A DNA stretch of 64,000 nt from NCBI GenBank assembly GCA_015680685.1, contig MNCI01000135.1:183762-247761 (forward strand). Direction: 5' to 3'. This document shows positions 14,001 through 25,457 of this stretch, piece after piece. A program made the translations under genes and the position numbers. The stretch comes from Gnetum montanum. Taxonomy: Eukaryota; Plantae; Gnetophyta. Each line of letters opens with the position of its first letter. Within the stretch, counting starts at the first letter, position 1. The notes beneath the pieces were generated by a model. The model did no database searches and was not told the DNA's origin. It saw only the letters and a list, made by a program, of their open reading frames with translations.

Positions 14001-14400
14001 TGCTCCAGCTTGTTCCACTAGGGGTAATGGAGTGTTGTTTTGGGTGTTTGTTGTGTTTTTGGGGGTTGTTTCTAGGGTGCTGGGTGGTTGGTTTTGTTTG
14101 ATTTTTGTTTCAGTTTGTCTATGTACTTTTGTCTTTTCTGTTGGTCTGTTTCTATGTTTTTCGGATGCTTCCTTGCCAAATGCAGTATGCCATAGGAGGC
14201 CTATTGCAGGGACCCATTTTGCTTTGATGCTTTATGCTTTTTTGTGGCCTAAGGGTGGTCCTTAGGTGTAGTGGTGGGTTTGGGGATTAAGTCCCTAGGG
14301 GGGTGTGTCTCTCTCTTGTTGTTGGATCTAGGTCCTGATTGTACATACTTTTATTCTTAATTTATTTACTGGGCCCAACCTTTTTCCAAAAAAGAAAAAA
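8010..14400 (+). mobile_element. Near full-length decayed LINE copy 3 (ORF1 + extended ORF2 + GT-rich 3' UTR + A-rich tail)
   Basis: ORF1 DUF4283-like (RVFGVPWDLW..FGEFISFD) with CxxxGKxxHxxxxC; ORF2 ATG at 9539 (MKILSWNC), LQETK, KLDITKAYD, HYTDDT, YLGIP, LWQIWKARN, extension to ~14021; A-rich tail ~14388-14400. Confidence 0.93.
12501..14021 (+). pseudogene. C-terminal extension of LINE ORF2: accessory domain + coiled coil + J-domain + CxC
   Basis: One frame with no frameshift from LWQIWKARNARIF through MGVILTFE (ATG 12636), VNLPKFFLASL, the E/R-rich segment, CPYVIMDINKNVSWATLLCYIRSSAARFHLDK and HICACSSLFH; interrupted only by point stops. Confidence 0.85.
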
Positions 14401-14707
14401 AGGAATTTGAAAAAAAATAAAAGTGAAATTATGGTTGCCTTCACAAGATCCACATATCTACAAGATAAATTTTGAAAGAACAAAACCATTTTATTATTTA
14501 AATCTAAAACTTCTAGGCTAGAACCTTATTTTATAGTTCATCATAACTAGTAGAATCTTCATTGTGATCAACAACAAAGTTTCAACAAGAGATAAAGATG
14601 TTGCTGAACAAAAGGCAATGGCTTAGCTGGTAGGGGTGGAGGATGTTCTTGGTGGGATGTTGGGGACGGGTAGGGGATGTGGTGGTTCTCTCTTAGTGGC
14701 CGTTCGA

Positions 14708-14821
14708 CACTATGGACATTTTGGACTGGAGTATCTCCTTTCAGCTCTCAATGGGGATTGTTGTCACTATGGACATTTTGGACTGGAGTATCTCCTTTCA
14801 GCTTTCAATGGGGATTGTTGT
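14708..14821 (+). repeat. 57-bp in-frame tandem duplication within the LINE endonuclease remnant
   Basis: CACTATGGACATTTTGG...GATTGTTGT occurs twice (starts 14708 and 14765), 1 mismatch. Confidence 0.9.
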
Positions 14822-17800
14822 CACGAACTTCTATGGGCCACATCAATGTGAGGAGAGGCTCTACGAGTTGCAGAAGATTGTTGCATTGGTGGCCGACAAA
14901 CAATAATGGGTGTTGGTTGGGAACTTCAACCAGTGGCTGTTTGCCTTGAAGAAGTTGGACAAGGGATTGCATGAGTTGCCAAGGGCTTAGTTGTTTCTTC
15001 ACTTCTTGGATGTGCATGGGCTGGTGGATTTGGAAATTAGGGATGCCAATTTACGTGGTGTAATGGGTGCAAAGGTGTGGCTCCGATGTTGACCAGGATC
15101 GATTAGGTTTGGGTAGCATTGGCTCTGCTTCTATAGAGGGGTGTGACGATTTGGGGTCTGGCACGGGTGGCTTCAAACCACAGGCTGTTGTTGTGCATGA
15201 TGGGGCCCCAAGACCAAGGGAGATTGTTGGTTCTTTGGTTTGAATGATCATGGAGGATATCTGGCAAAGTTACAATAGGGTTTATGAGCCCTAGGAATTT
15301 TTGAAACAAGGATTAACTATGGTCAAGCACAATATCAGACAAATGTGGGTGGGTGATAAATATTCATTTTGGGTGTGTTGTGGGGAGTTGCTCAAACATT
15401 TGACAATGGTCCAAGCAAGGTAGGAACAAGGGGATCACTAGGGGAATGTAGAGTTGGAGGTGCTTGCAGAGCTTCACGCTTTGGAGGCTGATGAGGAGAA
15501 CTACTGGTGGCAACGGAGCAGGAGGGATTTGCTGAGGGAGGAAGATTGTAATTCCTGTTTCTTTCTTGTGGCAGCATGGTTGGCACGACATTCCAAAAGC
15601 ATTAAGTGTCTCATGGTGAATGGCTTGTAGGTGGAGGGGCAAGAAAAGGTGGCAAGGGTGTTACTCGATTTTTGGTTGGATATTTGGTGGCATTGGTAGG
15701 TCTCACCGATCATCATTCAAATTGAAAAAAATTTAAATGAGGTAGAAAACGGGCGTTTGTTGGTCCTGTTCATGTGGGCAGAATTAAGGCTAGCGTTGGC
15801 TTCGATGAAGGGGGGCCTGGCCTTGGGGCCAGATGGGTGCCTGGTAGAGTTCTTCTAGGCATTTATTGATGTGCTTGAGGACAACTTGTTGGATGCTTTT
15901 AATGCTATGCTACAATGTGGGGCGATTAGATGGGAAATTAATTGTGCTCGGGTGGTGGTTATTCCTAAGATGGCCAATCTATCTTGTCCCACGGATTTTT
16001 GGCCCATTGGCATTTGCAACATGTTGATGTGGCTCTTCTTGAAGTTGCTAGTGACTCGTCTGGGGTTGTTGATGCTACGTTTGGTGGGGGTGTAGTAGGT
16101 GGGTTTTGTCAAGGATAGGCACATATAGGACTAGATCATTTTGGTGCAGGAAGTCATTCATTTGCTTCGAGTGAGTAAGTTTTCAGGGATGTGCTTGAAG
16201 TTGGACATTATCAAAGCTTATGATACAGTTGCTTGGGATGTGCTTTGGGAGGTTATGCTTCGCAAAGGTTTCCACCACACTTCATCAATTTGTGCATTGA
16301 CATTTAGAGGTCGGGGGCTTTTTCCCTGGATTTGGAGGGTAGGCTGTGGGGATTTGAGACCATTGGGAGGGGACTTCGACAAGGGGATCCTTTGTCTCCA
16401 TTCCTGTTCATTCTGGTGATGGATACGATGTGGACTTACTATGAAGCTAAGCGAGTGAGGGGGTTGGATGTCAATGGGGTGCAGTGCATGGTGGAACATT
16501 ATGTGGACGACACCATTTTATTCTCGCAGGCTATCATGCCACAAGCATAGGTGATCAATAGAGCCCTCCACTGCATGAGGGAGGAGATTGGGCTCCAAAT
16601 AAATCGGGGTAAGTTGGCTATTCATCGATTAAATGTTGAAATGGGGATTTAGGGAAGGATCATTTAAGTGTTTGGGGATGTTGCCCGTACCAGCGGACGA
16701 CAAGTATTTGGGGCTCCCATTGTTTGATTGGCATTGTTGTAGAGCTTGGGGGGGGGGGGGGGGGGGGGGGGCTTGCTACGACATATATAGGAAAGGGTTT
16801 CCCATTGGATGACTAGATTCTTGTCCCAAGCTAGTAGGGTGCTTTAGGCTAGGGTGGTGTTGTCGGCCATTGCATGATTTGCAGTTAGTGCATCTTTTCC
16901 TCCGGCTGGGACAATTGACCAGGTGGATCGATTGATTCACAATTTTACGTGGTTGGGGGATAAAGGGGGTAACCGTTTGCATTTGGTGCTGTGGGACAAG
17001 GTGGCAAGGCCTAAGGATGTGAGAAGTTTGGGCCTTCTGAGATTCTATGTTGTTCTGGCGATGGGGCATTAGGCCCTTTTGAGTAAGTTAATGTTGCAGG
17101 ATTTGACTCCTGCATAGTGGGTTACTCTCCTGTGACGCAAGTACAAACCTTGGGAAGTAGGAAGGAATGTTTCAAAAATCTGATAGGCGAGTTGTGGGCA
17201 TGTGCAGATGCTGATGACAGCAAGGTCATTTAATGCTCCTCCTAAATAGCTGATCCGGGATAGATTTCCTTTAACTGGGGGGTGGTGCCAAGTGTGGAAG
17301 GGGTGTCTATTTGAAAAGATTAAAATGTTTCTTTGGTTATTGTGCCATGGTGCAATTCTTGTATGATGGAAATTGCAATGGTGTGACATGAAAATCGAGG
17401 ACAAGTGTCCCCTATGCATGGTAGGGATCGAAACAACCATGCACTTTGCTCATGAATGCATTTTTACCCAGCAGGTGTGGAGAGCGGCCAAGTTGCTAGT
17501 GGGAACGATGCACAGCAGGGATTCTTTGGCTATTGTGATCTTGTGGAGATTGTGGTGCACACATAATCTCTGAGTGTTTTGGGGGGTGCAACTGTCATTA
17601 CTTGCACAAATTGCTACAGAAGGTGTGCATTTGTGATAGGAGGCTTTGTCCACGATCAGGGTGACACCAACCATTGAACCCTTGTGTGAGGAATTCCAAC
17701 AAAACGAGGTGTTGTGGTGTCTTGTGATGTAGGTAGGGTGGGCTGAGCTGCTTCCTTGATTGCGAGGGGACCTTGAGCTAGAGGATGGGCCTTTTTTCAT

Positions 17801-18529
17801 CAACTAGGTGGGGGATTGGATGGTTTTTCATGGTACTTGGATCAAACTCACGGAGGTGGCCATTGCATGATTACTTTAGGTGCCAGTAGCAGGGGAGGAG
17901 GTCCCCTTGCGTAGCAGTGGTATGCAGGATGCTAGAGATTTTTTCCCTAGGGCTGTCCCTAAGACGAGGAGTGGGCAAGTGCCAAAGAAGGCTCTGGAGC
18001 TGCTGTGGCAGGAGGCAGCGGTCCTTGTGGATAGATTCTTTGTCGATTCCAGGAATGCTTGGAACTTTCTAGGGCTCCATTTTACTTTGATAAGCTGCCT
18101 GCGTTAGGGGTGCAGTGCTAATCTACCTTGTTTCTTTTTGGCTATGCTGCAGAGGTAGTGGCGTGGGTGCCATTTTGGTCTTAGTTTGGCATTGTGGAGA
18201 GCCGTAGGGGTTGCTACTCATTTGGAGGGGGTGGGGCCCTTAGTTTGTGTGGTTTATGTGTGGTGATTGCATTGTGCACCGCCGAATGTTGTGGAGCTTT
18301 CATTTGAGTTGGAGGGGTCTTGGCATGAGAGGAGGGGGGNNNNNNNNNNNNNNNNNNNNNNNNNNNNNNNNNNNNNNNNNNNNNNNNNNNNNNNNNNNNN
18401 NNNNNNNNNNNGGGGGGAGTTGACCTTGGGAGGGCATGTCGGGGGAGGAGGTACATGGGGAGGGGTTGGGGGATGTTTCTGGGGTTGAAGTGCTTAGGGT
18501 TTCATAGGAGGAGGTTGAAGACCATACAC

Positions 18530-19209
18530 GGGGGTTGGGGGGGTTCCCAAACTCAAGGGAGCTTGTCCATTGTGGGGGTGGAGCAGGGGCAGGCTGTAGA
18601 GAGGTTGGTGTGGGAGGGGCCGTGCAGTAGGTTGAGGTCATTTGGATGACCATCAAAGAAGAAAGAATCTGGTGGGATTTGGTCAAGGTGGTGTTGCGGC
18701 TTGAACATGAGGTGGAGCTTCGGGATAGAGTGACGTAGGAGTTGGAGGATGAGGCTAGGCAACAAAATGGGAGGTGGCCAAGTGTCGTGCCCGGGAAGAA
18801 GAGGAGGAGACTTAGATTTGGCGTTAGCTAGATAAGGCCCAAGGTGACAAGGTGCACTCTTGGTTGTAGGAGGGCATCTTATGTTATTCTCAATATTGAT
18901 AGGAATGCCCTGTGGTCGGCCTTGTGGTGGTACATCTGCAGGTAGGGAAGAGAATTCCACCCTGACAAGTAGGGGAGCGAGGTGGTGGAGGCTTTCAAAT
19001 GCTTTTTGGAGGAAACGGTCTTTGTTGACATGGAGCTACATAGGAATGTCCTAGATGCTATCCATGTGCAGGAGTGTGCTTATTGTCCTTGTACTCGATT
19101 GCTGTATCGACTGTAACCCCAGGGGGGTTGAGGGATGGTGTTTCCCCTGTCTTTGTTGGTTTTTGCATTAGTTGGGTTGGGTTGGGAGTTTGTTAGTGGA
19201 GGAGGGTTT

Positions 19210-19240
<31 letters not shown>

Positions 19241-20230
19241 GGGAAGCTTTGGTGTATAGGGGTGGAACTGGTAGGGGGTTTTGTCTAATCCTTACTGAGT
19301 TTTTAATGTTCAGGAGCCCTTTGTGCATCACAAGAGTGGGGGTGGGGGTGTGAGGGCGCATGCCCGCCGGGGGGGGGGGGGGGGTTCCCGAACTCAAGGG
19401 AGCTCGTTCGTTGTGGGGGTGGAGAAGGGGCAGGCTGTAGAGAGGTTGGTGTGGGAGGAGCGGTGGCACTAGGGGGAGGAGTTTCAATGGGAAAGTGAAC
19501 TCTAGGCCATGCAGTAGGTTGAGGCCGTTTGGATGACCATCAAAGAAGAAAGAATCTGGTGGGATTTGGTTGAGGTGGTGTTGTGGCTTGAACAAGAGGT
19601 GGAGCTTCGGGATAGAGTGAGGTAGGAGTTGGAGGATGAGGCTAGGCAACGAAATGGGAGGCGGCCAAGTGTCATGCCTAGGAAGAAGAGGAGGAGGCTC
19701 AGATTTGGCGTTAGCTAGATAAGGCCCAAGTTGACAAGGCACACTCTTGCTTGTAGGAGGGCATCTTATGTTATCCTCAATATTGATAGGAATGGCCCGT
19801 GGTCGGCCTTGTGGTGGCACATCTGCAGGTAGGGAAGAGAATTCCACCCTGACAAGTAGGGGAGCAAGGTGGTGGAGGCTTTCAAATGCTTTATGGAGGA
19901 AATGATCTTTGTTGACATGGAGCCACATTGGGATGTCCTGGATGCTATCCATGTGCAGGAGTGCGCTTATTGTCTTTGTACTCGACTGTAGCCTTGGCCC
20001 CGGGGGGGGGGGGGGGGGGGGGNGGATGGTGTTTCCCCTATCTTTGTTGGTTTTATTTTGTTGCTTTTTGCGCTGGTTGGGTTGGGTTGGGAGTTTGTCA
20101 AGGGAGGGGGGTTTTGGGGGGCTTTGGTGTATAGGGGTGGAACTAGTAGGGGGTTTTGCCTAATGGCCCTCCTTGCTGAGTTTTTTGTGTTTAGGAGCCC
20201 TTTGTGCATCGCAAGAGTGGGGGGTGGGGG
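18530..20230 (+). repeat. ~0.85-0.89 kb tandem duplication of the coiled coil/J-domain/3' UTR of LINE copy 4
   Basis: GTTCCC-AACTCAAGGGAGC at ~18543 and ~19384; CACCCTGACAAG at 18958 and 19845; the units are similar but not identical. Confidence 0.9.
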
Positions 20231-20619
20231 GTAGGGTGTGTGGTGTTTGGTGGGGCATCTAGTTTCCCCCGGTTTTGGGAGCTTGGTTTGTATATTCTGG
20301 AAGTTTTCTCATGTAATATAGCCCGAATTCCTCTCTCTCTCTCTCTCCCCCCCCCCACAAAAAAAAAGAGAAGTTTCAACAAGTTATCTTTTTGGCCAAC
20401 TACCAATCATACAAAAGGGCCTGATCCTATAACAATAAATTATATTTTGTCCATAACCATCCAGGTGTCTGATGTTGTAATGTTAAATTATATTTTGTTT
20501 ATAACTTTCTAGGGATATTTTGTCCATGACTTTCTAAGGAACCCAATTATGTAATGCTAAATTATATTTTGAAGAAAGAGATGAAATGAAATTGTTCTCT
20601 TTATTGAAGTTTATGAAAG

Positions 20620-23600
20620 GAGCCATGAAATTGGCTAGCGAAGGAGCAGAGAAACAGGCGAGGGGGGGGGGGGGGGGGGNNNNNNNNNNNNNNNNNNNNN
20701 NNNNNNNNNNNNNNNNNNNNNNNNNNNNNNNNNNNNNNNNNNNNNNNNNNNNNNNNNNNNNNNNNNNNNNNNNNNNNNNNNNNNNNNNNNNNNNNNNNNN
20801 NNNNNNNNNNNNNNNNNNNNNNNNNNNNNNNNNNNNNNNNNNNNNNNNNNNNNNNNNNNNNNNNNNNNGCGAGTGGGGGGCGAACGTAGGTAAGACAGCC
20901 GAAGGTGGAGCAACAGGTGCGGGAAACGCAAACTCGGGACACAACGTAGGACACACGAGCGGCGGTGAACTGACAAAAAATAGGAATGGTCCGGACCATA
21001 GGGGGACAAATATCGAGCACCAAATGGGAAGATTGAGGCTCACTCCCATATTGACTGCACCATGCGCCTCCGGGTCTGCGGACCACTAATGGAAGGGGTG
21101 CGGACGATGCAACGGAGCCTTATTGGCTGTTTCGTGTCCCTAGGAGCTCGCCCTCGGATGGAGTTAATCCATAGGAGGGTACAAGAAAATTGGAAGATTG
21201 GACAAGTTGAGGTTTGGAGCTAATATGAGGAGTTGCTTCTATTCATTTTCCCGACCCAGTAGGATCGGGACACGGTGTTGCTTGGGGGACCGTGGTTCTA
21301 TGGCGCCGAAGGGCTAGCTTTAACCCCTTGGTGACTGGGGGCACACTGTGAGAAAGACCTGTTTGCTTGTGCCCCGATGTGGGTAAGGGTGTTTAGGATT
21401 CCATGGGAGATGTGGAACTTGGGGTCCCTAGAACAGATGGTGGGGTATTTTGGGGAGTTAATCGCTTTCGACAGGGTCACGCAGTCAATGGCGTGGATGC
21501 GGTTTGCCCATTTTTGCATGTGGCGGAATTTGTTTGCCAAGGATCTCATTAGGGAAATAGTGTTGGAGCTCCCAGGAGGGGAGGAACACCTCCAGGTTGA
21601 GTTTGAAAACCTGGAGGTAGAGCCAGGCATGGAACAAGGACTGAAGGCCAAAGAGGGCAAGAGGGGAGGCTATGCAAGCTGTGGGAAACCCGGCCACAGG
21701 GAAGTTGATTGTTGCTTTCGGATGGCAGGGCCAACGCGGATGTGGGATCAAGTCCGGCAATATGTTCAGGGCGGGGATTGGGTTACGATAGGATGTAAGG
21801 GTCGACCAAACCCGCCACCAACTCAACTACCCCCCCAAAAATCGTCATCTCCCTCTAACCCCTTCCAACCACCTCGAACACAACCCCCACCCCCACCCCC
21901 CACTCTGCCTCCACCCCAGGAGACCCCAGGAATTTCTTACAGGGCCAAGGAGACCCCAGGAATTTTCTCAAAGACGGCTTGCTTCGGTTGAAGTGGGCTA
22001 TCCAGGCCTTGCCAATGGAGGACAAATTCTCCTTTAGGATGGGATAAGCTAACTTAGATCCAGACCAGACAGGAGGCTGGGGAGGACTTGCATGAAGAAG
22101 AGCAGAATATTCTGCAGCAACTCTAGGGCCTTGACTTGGAGGAGGAGACATACTAGAAACAAAGATCACAGATTAGATGGCTTTAGGAGGGGGACAGACA
22201 AATGAACTTCTTCTTTGCTGTTGCCAAGACACGGGGATGGAGCCAGCCACATAGTTTGCACACCACGGAGAGGGGGGGGGGGGGATAATTGATGAGCCAT
22301 AGAGCATCGCTAGGGAGTTGACACACTATTGGGAGAAGATCTAGGCCAAGCAACCCACAAAGCCCATATCGGTCCAAATTGACTAGGTGCTAAACGAGGA
22401 GGATAACGCTCGATTGCTGGCTCCGTTCTCATGGCAGGAACTCTTAGCCACAATCAATGACATGCTGGGAGGAAAGGTGCCTGGACTGGATGGTTGGAGC
22501 CTTGAATTTTTCAAGACCTTCTTGAATATAGTGGGACCCAACATCCTGGACATGTTCAACCTTATGCTAGCCAAGAGGCAGGTCTGAAGGGAGCTCAATT
22601 GTTCTCGAATAGTGTGCATCCCCAAGCAGTCAGAGAACATTCCGTTCAGAACAATTAGAGATACCTACTTGGGTATCCCACTTTTCCAGTGGGGACGGTG
22701 TATGTCTTGGGGAATGCTGTTGGAGATAGTTGAAAGACGGATGGGACACTGGGCCAATCGTTTCCTGACTAGGAAGTGGCGGTTGGTGGTGGCGTCGGGG
22801 CTACTCACGGTAGTAACCTGGTTTGTGGCCGCGGTTGCCACCCCTCCGAGTGCCTTTATTGACAAACTCAACATTCGAATCCGACGGCTTGTCTGGTTGG
22901 GGGGCAGAAGGTGGGGGGGGAGGGGCAAAATTCACCCTGCGAGCTGGGACCGGGTTGCGCGCCCCCGTAACACGGGGGGGGGGGGGGGAATTCCCCTTTG
23001 GGGGGGGGGGGGGGGTGGGGGTTCCGGTAACCGGGGGGGGGGGGGGGGGGAACCCCCTCGGGGGGGGGGGGGGGGGTTCGGGTAACGGGGGGGGGGGGGG
23101 GGGAGGTTGCGGGGGGGGGGGGGGGGGGATTTTCCCTTGGGTGGGGGGGGGGGGGGGGGGTTGGGTATTTCCAAATTTGAGGACGAGCTAATGATGGGAT
23201 AGCAGCGCCTGTTACTTTGATTTACGAGCCAGCTTGGGGAGCCGGCCCAGTGGGTTTGGGTAATGAATGCGAAGTACAGAAGGTGGGAGGCGGGGGCACA
23301 GGACTCGAAGCCTTGGCAGACGCTCTGCGGCCACGCGCGCAAAATGTAGACACAAGGGTGGTCATTTCTTGAGCTGCGTTGCCTGTTGGTAGCCATTTAC
23401 CCACCGGTACCAGGCTAGCGGCAAATTTGGAAGGGGCGGCTGCTCGAGAAAATTAAAGTGTTCCTATGGTTAATTAAGAACGACCTGCTACTTGTTTGGG
23501 CACTTTTATCTAGACGACGCCTTGTCTTGGATGACACTTGTCCCCTGTGCGGTGGCACGCCCGAGACCATGCAGCACTTCATTTACCAATGCGCCTACAT

Positions 23601-25457
23601 GCGCTCCACGTGGTGTTCTGCAGGTGCCCCCCCCGATGCACTTCAATTGCAATTCTTGAGCCACGCTACTTTTATAGGTAGTGTGGAAGACGAGAAATTG
23701 CACTATCTTCCAACAGCACAGACTACCCCCTTCCATAGGTGGTTTCCAAGGCCGAAGTGGCGTGGAAAGAAATTGAGGCGGTGATGGGAGTCACGTCGAC
23801 GTACGAGCCTGACTGTGCACCGTTCCAAGCAGAGGAGGAGTTGTGGTAGATGGTGGAGCAATGTGGCTGGAGCGATGCCCTACAACGGCTAGTCGGTGAC
23901 CCGAACCTCGCAAACGATGCTTTCTTCACCAACTGGCATGAGGACCAAACCTACTTTAGGGGTACAGAGGTCATCATCATGGAATCCTTGATTGCTAGGT
24001 GTTTGGGGGCCCAGGCCGATGGTGAAGTCATTCTACCATCCACATGTGGGCTACAGGAAGCCGAAATCTTTTTCAATGGGCTGGTGCCACACACGCAGAG
24101 TAGACAAGTTCCCAGATCCTCCTTGACAAGTTCCTAGATCCTCCTTGCCCCAGATCTGGGCCCGAGCGGTGGATTTAGTGGACAGATTTCTCATCCAGTC
24201 TAGCAACGGGTCAAAACTCCAAGGCATCCACTTCGCTTTCCTCACATGCCTTAAATTGGGAGTTAGGGTTAACCTGCCTAGGTTTTTTTTGGTGGCTCTA
24301 CAGCAGCAGAAGCAAGGCTGCCACTCTGGGCTCATCCTGGCCTTGTGGTGCGGGGTAGTGGGGGGCAACATCCTTCGAGGCCATGGAGTGCATCCCCGCT
24401 AGGAGGCTCCTCGTCTGACCCATCCCCTTCGACTTGTCGGGAGAGTCTATGGACCCAGCCCGCAGTAATGTATACTAGGAGAAGATGTAGCCGTTGGGGA
24501 CGGAGGCCTCCAAATCCCATAGCGGTGCTGGAGGTGTCACCGCTTGAAGCGTTGGGGCGCAATGATAGCAATGATGAGGCATTGCAGCGAGAAACACTGG
24601 AGGCCGTAGCAGCGGCATGTGACGCAGAACACCGAGAATGGGAGGCAAAGTGGGAGGAAGCCCTTGAACAATCATGGACCGAAATGGAAGCCCGTTTCGA
24701 TGAAAGGGAGTAAGAGATAATCAGGCACCAAGCCCTGCTGGCGGATGCCGCCCAGGCTTGTTTGGTGGATGAGATCCGGGCCTAAGTGAGAGACGAACTG
24801 CTCCAGGAGGAAATCGCCCGAAGAGAACACGAGGCAGCGGAGCATGCTCAGCAAGAGCGAGAACAGGAGGAGGCACAGAGATAGCACCAACTAGACCGGG
24901 TGCACGAGCAGAGTGCATGCCAGTGGCTTAGAGCTGGACGATGTCCATACATCATCCTGGGCATCAGTTGTGACTGCATGTGGGGGGAGCTTCGACGCCA
25001 CATTTGCCGAACCTCAACGCGTTTCCACCTAGATGTGGGGACATCGACAGAAGATCGAAACCAGCGTGAATCGGCCATGCAAGGACTCCAACAGGCCGCT
25101 AGCTTTGTGGACATGGAGCTCCATCATAACACGTTGGACATTCTACATGCTCTCGAACGTCCACACTCCGCCTATCACAGGCTGTTGTTGAGCCCATAGC
25201 GGGGCTGCGGTGTTTTGTTCCCCTCCCCCCCTTTAACGTGGCAGTAGGCCCTACGACTTTCTTTTGCCCCCGCCCTCCCCCCAGGGCTGGTTTGGCTTAG
25301 AGTTTTTTGATGTAAACGGATGGTGCACGGTTGGGCACAATGGGGGATGGCTGTAAAAACCTCCCACCTGGGCCAATGTCGTTGACCCACACTTTGTAAT
25401 ATCTTGTACTCTAATTTTCAGTAATTTAATCTCGAACATTTCCTCAAAAAAAAAAAA
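20620..25457 (+). mobile_element. LINE copy 5 inserted in the copia A LTR; 13-bp TSD AAGTTTATGAAAG; EN and RT core missing
   Basis: TSD at 20607-20619 and 25458-25470; poly(A) 25446-25457; ORF1 (LLGGPWFY, WVRVFRIPW, CGKPGHREVDC); KVPGLDG..CIPKQ followed directly by YLGIP; zf-RVT 23458; accessory domain 23784-24350; coiled coil; J-domain 24900-25199. Confidence 0.93.
24900..25199 (+). pseudogene. J-domain of LINE copy 5 (HLD variant)
   Basis: WLRAGRCPYIILGISCDCMWGELRRHICRTSTRFHLDVG..RESAMQGLQQAASFVDMELHHNTLD. Confidence 0.8.

Larger units (their letters stand above)
14590..20370 (+). mobile_element. 5'-truncated LINE copy 4 with duplicated 3' region; 13-bp TSD AAGTTTCAACAAG
   Basis: TSD at 14577-14589 and 20371-20383; EN remnant, KLDIIKAYD, GLRQGDPLSP, HYVDDT; zf-RVT (17373) in the same frame as the accessory domain (17880); FHPDK at 18958 and 19845; A tail ~20358-20367. 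Confidence 0.92.

Noticed and set aside
19080-19952. 290-aa minus-strand ORF (similarly 42365-42964 and 13338-13727)
   Set aside because: Antisense shadows of the purine-rich LINE coiled-coil/J region; no independent domain signal
22900-23190. Gly-rich and Pro-rich (extensin-like) ORFs
   Set aside because: Garbled poly-G sequence inside LINE ORF2 (between HPASWDRVARP and the downstream RLL segment); most likely a sequencing artefact
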